Assembly: GCA_951406725.2 (NCBI GenBank)
Contig: OX597831.1
Span: 45,322,001 to 45,386,000, forward strand
Direction of reading: 5' to 3'
Source: Octopus vulgaris
Lineage: Eukaryota
Length of the DNA: 64,000 nt
How positions within the stretch are numbered: the stretch's first letter is position 1; each line of letters starts with the position of its first letter. This document shows positions 55,456 through 64,000 of the stretch, in pieces. The notes below the pieces were generated by a model. It saw only the letters and a list, made by a program, of their open reading frames with translations, made no database searches and was not told the origin of the DNA. Made by a program: the position numbers and the translations under genes.

Positions 55456-56109
55456 CACCTAAAAAATTATACATTCTGCATGCTTATAATAAAGGTAATA
55501 TGTTTATGCTGCTGTATGTTGAGCATGTCTGTACACTGGGAAAAATCTCAGGGCAAAAGGATGAGTTTATTGTTGTGATGGCTGCAGTTAGTATATGACT
55601 TAAGGGAAAAAGAAAACAAGTCAAACCACTCTGGCATCATTAGTGATGGGTCTTGGCAAAAATAATTCTTCACATTATATTAATTCCTTCTGCTTAAACT
55701 CCACTGAAAATCTATCAGATATAACCTGAAGTTATCTCTTTCAATATAATTAGCATTAGAAAATAGATGGGAGAGTCACAAACGGCTGAATGGATAAGAC
55801 ATAAGAAAACCCAGAATAGGCTGGTCGTTTGTAATGTTATATACACAGGTGCAATGTGACAAAAGCTCAATCCCAGGTTTACCTGGCTGTCAATCCCAAC
55901 AAAACAGCAAAAATTTTACTGTTGTGAGCAGCAGCAGGAACAGCAAAACTTGATGAAATGCTCCATTGGTATAGCATGAAATGCAGTAAAGCTACTTGAT
56001 ATGGATAAACATTCATTGATAGCAGCTACCTCTGATCTGAATAATAAGTCAAGTAATATTGACAACAGAATCATCGCAGGAAGTAGCACATTTGAACATT
56101 CTACACTGT

Positions 56110-56317
56110 TTAACACTTTAGCATTCAGATTACACTATCAAATGTAATGTTTAATTAATTATTAATCATAACAGTATCTCATAGCTTTGAGATTTCAACG
56201 ATGTGATTTAAAAAATTTTTAGTAGGACTTTATAGGGTAGGAGTGAAGAAGCCGGATCAGTCAGTTTGAATATAAAACAAGAAGAATATTTGGGTCGGTT
56301 TAAATGTTAAAAGGTTA
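56110..56317 (+). mobile_element. piggyBac-like MITE family A
   Basis: TTAAcactttagcattcagatt ... aatgttaaaaggtta. Confidence 0.7.
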
Positions 56318-57267
56318 TATACATAACAGTATACACGCATGCACAAAACAGAGACAACAGCAACCTAACAGTGCTGTTGCATTACAGAAAATACTGAAAA
56401 TTATTATTATTATTATTATTATTATTTTAATCAACTCAAATCCTTACACCAGTGAAGAAGCAGTATATTTCATTTAGTAAAACCCAGTACATTACAGGTA
56501 CTTAATTCACCGAAGCTAGAGAGATAATTTTGTTGAGAATAAAATTGTGTCGAGGCATTTCCAGTCATGAAATATTACTCACTAAAAAGATAGGGCTGTT
56601 AATCCAATGTAAAATGAAAACTTGAAGCAGAGATAGGAAGGAAAAATATTTTCAGTTATAGAATATCAGGCTCGTTCATACCGACTGGGGGCTGGTGAAT
56701 AAACTCATGCAATTCATGCATGGAAGATGATGATGATGATGACACCATAAAGGAAACTTCATACAAACTAGTTAATGCAATAATGCTAAACTAATACATC
56801 CTTTACAATGAACTACAATATAGAGGGAGAGGAGAAACTATTATATGAGTAATACAAGTTTTGCACAACATAATAAACTATAATTAAAAGTACATTTTTA
56901 GATTTTACATTATAACTACCATTTTTCAGGTAATACTAATTTTAATAATGCGGAAAATGCAAACCGGGTTGAAAAACAGGAAGATACACACACTCACACA
57001 CACGTACACACACAGAGGTTGTCTATAAACAAATCAACATGATCAAAAGTCTGAATATAGCCAAATAACACTGATAAGGAGAAAGAACTAATTCCCTGAC
57101 CTGTGTAACACAAAAAGGAGACTTTAAAATAATAAATACACAGTAAAAGTATAATTTCTTTTAAATATTTGGTTAAGTAGAGTGAACAAATATTAAAGGT
57201 ACATATTAAAAGACCTATACTTTTTCACATTGATTTAAAAGGAGAGGAAAAGAAGAAATAAACTTAC

Positions 57268-57309
57268 CTCATGGTAAAATTGTAATGGCTTTAGCTCAAT
57301 ATAATCCAT
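57268..57309 (-). CDS. TCF12: Candidate alternative first coding exon A (MDYIELKPLQFYHE)
   Basis: ATG at 57309-57307, 14 open codons, consensus donor GAG|GTAAGT. Phase 0 matches the VYSPS exon; unique non-repeat flanking sequence. Confidence 0.55.
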
Positions 57310-59865
57310 TGAAAAGAATTGTTTACAACAAACTATAAGTTCAAGCTTATTTTAGAGAATATATCAACCAAAGAGCATTGTAGCCAAAAAGAGATGTATT
57401 ATTACTTTACTCTATCATTGCATATGCTTTAGCTCCATTACACAGCAAGTGAGTATTACATAGTTGACGTTAAATCTTAATCAAAGCAAACAGAATAGAT
57501 ATTACAAAGAGTGAAATATTTTCACATCCTTACAGTTGCTCCTTCCAACAGAAAGTAAATACTGTGGAAAAAGAAGATCCCAAATAACAGCTCTTTCACT
57601 GTCACTTCCTATCATTGAATGGAAATGAGGTGTTCTTTACAAACATTCTATTTCTGAAGCCAGGAAGTCTTTAAGACTATCCATTATAATATAAAGGTCA
57701 TTTAAACTATTGATTGAACTATTTCTAATAGTAACATCTACTTCAAGTGAGTTCATGACACAATTAGAGAGAGAGACTACCTGAAACTACTGAAGAATAG
57801 GAGGGAAAGAAAATATTAACTAAACAAAAAAAGTAGAAGAAAAACAAAAGTAAGCAAACGAAAGTCAACTATTTAAAAAAATATATACTATTTCATTATG
57901 AATTAGAGAATATCTAATTGAAATAATGCATGGAATAATTGTTAAATAACACACATACACACACAAATACATGCTTGAAAAAAAAAAAAAATTCTTTTAT
58001 CAGTTAGAAAATAATGTTCAATAAAATTGTAGCCAGCTGTTGCATTTTGTTAAATTTTATAAAGAGCAGTAAATGGGAATGGCACAGCTGAGGCTTGCTT
58101 CATTGGCTCAAGTTGAGTGAGCAGATAAACAGCCTTATGTCGTCAAAAATATCGGGTCTTACAGTGAAGCTACAAGTTTTAAATGGCACAGATGAGAACA
58201 ATGGAAAGGGACAAACATACAAATGTTGAACAAGAAGGAAAAGGAATACACTAAGATACATACTAAATATAGTGAGTGAGTGTGTGTGTGGTTGTGTGTG
58301 TGTATGTGTGTGCATACGTGTATATATAGGTAATAATAATAGTGAATTTATAACTAAGAACCTGACATTAAAATATTAAAAAAAAAAAGTTTAAAAACTA
58401 CTGTAACTTTTTTTACATCGCTGCTCCAGATTTAAGTTTTCTGTGGGTGGGGGTCCCAATGAAATTTGGGTTAACTTTACTACTAATTGTCAATAACATT
58501 CTTGGTACAAGGTCCCTCGAGGTGCTTCAATTCATGCAAAACTATACTGACTCAATGTCCTGTGTAGAAATTTTGGTGAGATCAATTTTGCTTTTCTTGC
58601 TGATATACAACCAATAAAACAAGTTTCAATAATCTATTGAGATGAATTCAATTGACTATATTTCCCTAATGGACAAAACGTGACAGGTCAAAATGAAAAT
58701 TAGGATTAAAATTTTTTTTAAAAAAACTCCGACAAATAACAGTCTCTCTCTGGAGAAGAGAAATTGATTAGACCTCTATATACAATGAAATAATAATTTT
58801 GCAAGCTAAGTTTTGTACAGGACATTTATAAATATTGGCTTATTAAAAACAGGTTTTCAAGCTTAATGAACAGGGTATGTGATTAGATGCTAATTTAAAG
58901 GAAAGAAGTAACAAAAACAAAATACAACTAGGAGCATATGTAATGGCAGGGAAGATTGCCATGTTTAGTGATTAAAAAAAAAATTTATGATTCTATTCAA
59001 ATCATTGAATCTGTGACAAGTTAATTTATTCATTGAATATTTCTGTCATACAGGTACATGTGTATGTACCTCGTTGTTGTCACTTGGCCCTATAATAAAA
59101 CTGATTGAGAAGATATAATCAGAAATGTTCCAGCCTGGAAAAATACATTTTATTGTAGATCCAGGAACACAATGTCCAGTGTCCCCTTTCAGTTTTAAGA
59201 TGGAAGGGTTTGATTCGTGGAAAATCTGGTTGTTATTTACAACAGATCAAGCAATCACATAAGTGTGTTTTCATTGGCTTGTAAAGTGGTAGGTACCACA
59301 CACACAACTGCATATGCACACATGCAATGATCCATCTTCTAAAATCTGGCATCCATGTTGCCATGGGCTGAACAGTTTGAGAAGATTTGAAGAGTCGGGA
59401 ATACATCATGCTCCACTGTCTACTCTGGCATGGTTTCTATGAATAGATGCCCTTCCTAATGCTACTATTTTACAGAGTGTACTGGGTGCCTTTTTTCGTG
59501 GCACCAGCACTATCTCGCAAAGTTAAAGGTCTAAAGTAGCCCCTATAATTGAGGGAGAATAGGTGAGAGAGAATGCAGAGATCTTAGGGAGATAGGTGGA
59601 GAGAGTAACAGTAGTAGAATAGGCATTAATAATAGCAGGGAGGGAGGGAAGGGACAAAATGGAAAGGCAATAGTGTAAGTTGTGTGGGAGGGGTCTTTAT
59701 ATATGCATAGAGAGAGAGAGAGAGACAGACGAAGAGGAGATTTTGCTTATAATTGTTTTAGCATGCTAGCATTGGTTAGATGAATATTATATTTGTTTCA
59801 TATTTACAGGTTTTTCCATGCTAGCACGGGAAAGACAAATATTAAACAAACACAAACACACATTA

Positions 59866-59896
<31 letters not shown>

Positions 59897-60211
59897 ACGT
59901 ACGTACATATGTATGTATGTATGTGTTGATTCAGCAGTGTCTACATTAAGTTTGCCCCCAAAATGCCAATGATTTTTATGTTCTCCAGTAAAGAAAACTG
60001 AGCTGCTTCATCAGCTGTGATATGTGGAGGCCAAAAGAATTAAAATTACTTTATTTACAAAACCAGTGCGATTTGGTGGCCAAAAGAGTCTCTGGCTATA
60101 TAAAGCATGTAACAATAAAACTCAAGCCTAACTCATACTAATAGGAGAAATGAATGTAAAATCATGCATATATATGAGTGTTTAAACACGTTTGTGTATG
60201 TGTGTGTATGT

Positions 60212-60520
60212 GAAGGCACATGGCTTAGTGGTTAGGGTGTTGCACTCACGACTGCGAGATCATGGGTTCAATTCCCAGACCGGGCATTGCGTTGTGTTCT
60301 TGAGCAAAGCACTTCATTTCACATTGCTCTGGGATCATTTCGACATCTGATGCGTGGCACCTGTTGCACCTGTACAGGTAATGTTGATCTGATGGAGGGA
60401 ATGAGCTTATGGGTACATAAACATTTGATCACTATAAACAAATCATCTGTGCAGTTGTTCTTGTTCGATAAGAAATTGTCGAACCTTCATAAATCATCTA
60501 ACAACAGGAGAGTCCATCAT
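60212..60520 (+). mobile_element. tRNA-headed SINE, near full length
   Basis: A-box TGGCTTAGTGG, B-box GGTTCAATTCC, then CORE-like ttcttgagcaaagcacttcatttcac. Confidence 0.8.
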
Positions 60521-60522
60521 AC

Positions 60523-60561
<39 letters not shown>

Positions 60562-61599
60562 AAGAAAATGGACATAAAATGATAGCTATATACATATCTA
60601 TATTAGTACATACACACAGACATAAATATATGAATGTGTATTGTACCAAAAGTAATGCAAAAGTGGGAATAATCTTATTCTTAACAGACACAGGTCTTTC
60701 AAATTACATAGGTTGGTAGAATAGCTCTTCTTCTTCCTGTCCGTTTTCATTGCAAGCAATTAATGCTTGAGAGGTGCAAGAATATGTCCAAAACTCACAG
60801 AAGGCTACAAATCATTCAAGTAGATGACATCATTGTCAAAAGCAAAAGTGTACAGATGGATGTAAAAGTTTAAAGAAGAGCAATCTAGCACTGAAGACAA
60901 TTTACACAGTGGGAAACTATCCACTGTAACCACCAACACAAATTACCTGGAAGTACATACTTAAAAGTAAAATTCAGAATTAGTATTAAAAATGTTTTTT
61001 TACTCTGTCCTTTAAAAATATTGCTTGAAATAAGTTTAAATATTGCGTATAAATAATAGGCTCTTTCTATGTTGCATTTGCTCTGAAAATTTTGCAATTA
61101 CTTATGACACCAACTAAAACAAATAAAAATTATGCTGTTCCTTTGTGAAATTATCGTTAAAATTAGCTCAACAAGGAAGACTGGAAATGATGTATGATAG
61201 TGATGCTCATTTACAACTATCACATGACATCTAGACAAATGTAGAAACAAACATACACGCATAAATGCATACATACACATATACAACAGGTTTTGGCTGG
61301 CCTGGGGCTATAGTAGAAGATACTCCCACATAGTTGGAAAGCAAGCTTCTTCACCACCCAGACATGCCTGTGCCTATAGGTATAAAGGTATAAACTTTCC
61401 TGGGCTGATATTAGTAGGTGGAATATAAATAATATTGGCAGCAAAATGGATAAAGTAATCAACATAGTCATGAGTGAGAGATAGGATAATTTAGATTACA
61501 ATAGTCTTAGTTAATGCAGTTGAGAAATTTATCTCTGCATATACATCACAATCTGGATTGGTAGATGGACAGAAGTGAAAGACAAACTATGATACTTGT

Positions 61600-61890
61600 G
61601 TATGAACTGCAATGCTACAATGTAGTAAGATCTGGGGCCTTGAAATATGAGGACCAGTGAAAGCTGAGCCCAAGAGGAATCAGATGTAGCATGAGAGAGA
61701 GAATATTGTATAAAGAAGTGCCAATTGTTTACAGTATGTGGAACTTGAGGAAGCAAAAAAATCCAAGAAGACATGGGATGAGATAGAAGGCTGATCTCAA
61801 GATGTTGAGCAACATGGAAGAGATGACAAAGGACCTAGATAATTGGTGTGATATACAGAGGTTGAGAAAATCTGTCCAGCTAGGCTAGCA
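61600..61890 (+). mobile_element. Decayed RTE-like LINE 3' fragment
   Basis: ...KKSKKTWDE...DLKML..MEEMTKDLDNW pattern. Confidence 0.55.
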
Positions 61891-62599
61891 TGGGTATGAC
61901 TGAGGCTCTCAAAGTACAATGTGTATGCACTTATCTAGGTGTCTCTCTCAATGTTCCTTCCAAGTCTACAACTGCTACTTTTTCTTCTATTTCCCCCACC
62001 CAGATAGACAGTGGAATCCCTCTTCTGAACCACTTCCTATTGACACCATCCTTTGTTTTTACCATTAACTACTACCACCCTTGTTCATATCCAATTCCCA
62101 CCCTATCCTACCTTTATCTTCCTGTCACTCATCCCTCCTCCTCCATCTCTCTTATCTACTACTTTTATACTGCCAGTCAACACTCCCTCTTCTCTGAGAT
62201 ACACCTAATTCCCTCCCCCCCCCCCGTTATACCTACCATCATCTCCACATTCATATTTACCATCCTACCATCCCTGTTTACCATTTACTACATTCATCCC
62301 CTATACACATCTCACTACTCCCACTCCATATTTTTATCTATCTCTTACTCTCCTCCCACACTCTTGCACTTTACCAACCCTCCCTGATTCTTCTGTATGC
62401 CATGCCTTCTTCTATCCACCTTCTTAGGCATATTACCATGAGACTACTTTACTTCATTGCCACTGTATTTACCTCTCTTTGAGTACCACTCCAGCCATCT
62501 TCTCTGACCATGACAGTAGGGATCTTAAAAGCTTTGCCTTACGGAGAACTGGCCTCTGGCAACAAACCACTCACATCTTACTTATATTCAATAGGTAAA

Positions 62600-63070
62600 T
62601 ATAATGGATCTCCAATTTGGTTTTTGCGCCTATCTTCATATATGGTCATGAAATGTTGGGCAATGACCAAAATGCATCATCACAAATACAAGCAGCTGAA
62701 ACAGGGTTCTATCGAATGATTTCTAGGGTAACACTACTTGGCAGGATTGTGTAATTCAGAGATTGAAAAGTCCTTCTAGTTTGAGCTGCTACTTCTTCAC
62801 ATTGAGAGGTCACAGCTCCGGTATTACAAACACGTGATTAGAATGTTACAGGAAAGGATTGCAAGACAGATTCTTCGAGCAAACCAACTGGCAGGAGACC
62901 TAAAGACAGACTGAGAATGAAACAGCTGGATAATATTCAGTTGGTCATACTTGAAAATCCAACTGGAAAGTCTAACGATGGTTGCTTCTGTGAAGGAGGT
63001 GCCCAAGGGCTCTACTCCAACGACACACCCAGGAATAGTGGGGGAAGAAGATGGATGGATAGCTCCATCT
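62600..63070 (+). mobile_element. Decayed RTE-clade LINE ORF2 C-terminal fragment
   Basis: Frameshifted YGHE..., IQAAETGF, LLHIERSQLRYYKHVIRMLQERIARQILRAKPTGRRP. Confidence 0.8.
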
Positions 63071-63844
63071 AAAGATACTTTGTGAAGAAGAATATCGATT
63101 ATATAACAGACAATACAAATCAACACAGTTTAATACAGCGGCTGTTGTTTCAATCATTTGACTGCAATTATGCTGGGGTACTACATTGAAGAGTTTCAGT
63201 CAATTAAATTGTACCAGGTACATGTATTTTTAAAGTCTGGTATTTCTTTTAACCTTTTTTTTTGGCTGAACAGCTAAGCTACAGGACACAAACACATAAA
63301 TGCACACACACACACGATGTGACTCCACAGTTTCTGTCTACAAATTCCACTCACAAGGCATTGGTCAGCCCAAAGCTATAGTCGAAGATACTTGCTGAAG
63401 GTGCCATAAAATGAAATCAAATCTAAAACCATGTGGAACTTCTTCACCATGCAGCCACTGTTTGGTCAGATAGTTTGTCCTTAGGGATGCTTTTGATAAC
63501 AACTTGATACAATTCATACTGATGATCTGACCATGTAGGCAATAAAATTATCAAACATCACTTAGATTGTATATGTTCTGTAAGCTTTTTAAAAGAAGCT
63601 CTCACACTATTAAAATTATGAATAAATGATGTAGGCTTTTGAGAGAAGAATATATATATATATATATATATATCATGACAGATCACGAGCCACTACACAT
63701 TCTTTATTTTCTCTCCTTGTTTCTTTGTGTAATACAGTGTAGGCTAGAAACATTAAAGACTTTTTCACTTCCCAAGCATTATACTAATACATCTGTTTGT
63801 TGTCTACACCACCTGTCTTCGTCTTTTGTTTTTTTGTGAATTCT

Positions 63845-63879
<35 letters not shown>

Positions 63880-64000
63880 TATAGCTATATATAAACTAAG
63901 ACTTGTTAAATTTGATTACCCTGCAAAAAAAAAAAAGTTTTAATGGATAGCTTCAATCACTATTCTAAATTTAGAAATATTCTTTCTGTTTATCAAGCAA

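Noticed and set aside
60212-60290. tRNA-like sequence
   Set aside because: It is a SINE head: continues into a CORE-like body and has no proper acceptor stem.
61890-62387. 165-aa ORF
   Set aside because: Low-complexity pyrimidine-rich sequence, stop-poor by composition, with no recognisable domain or splice context.

Overview
AT-rich, microsatellite- and repeat-dense eukaryotic DNA. The SINE/RTE/MITE content looks like an Octopus (coleoid cephalopod) genome, which is an inference. The whole window lies inside one minus-strand gene, a class I bHLH E-protein (TCF4/TCF12/daughterless orthologue). Eight constitutive coding exons (39063 down to 2925, 1088 nt) splice in frame with GT-AG sites. The bHLH exon must lie beyond position 1 and the canonical 5' exons (AD1/CE) beyond 64000. 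The main finding is three short ATG-initiated, phase-0 candidate alternative first exons upstream of the VYSPS exon (57309-57268 MDYIELKPLQFYHE; 48251-48222 MYYYSRPKLQ; 43732-43673 MYCTTYPFYRTLMYLPPKGN). Two of them resemble the vertebrate HEBAlt/TCF4-A 'Alt' peptide, which joins at the same VY junction. The introns also hold a decayed DD37D (maT) transposase, piggyBac-, hAT- and Tc1-type MITEs, head-to-tail SINE arrays, RTE LINE ends, two long foldback hairpins (candidate ADAR substrates) and local duplications. Almost all ORF-track entries are spurious. Repeat boundaries are approximate unless TIRs/TSDs are quoted.
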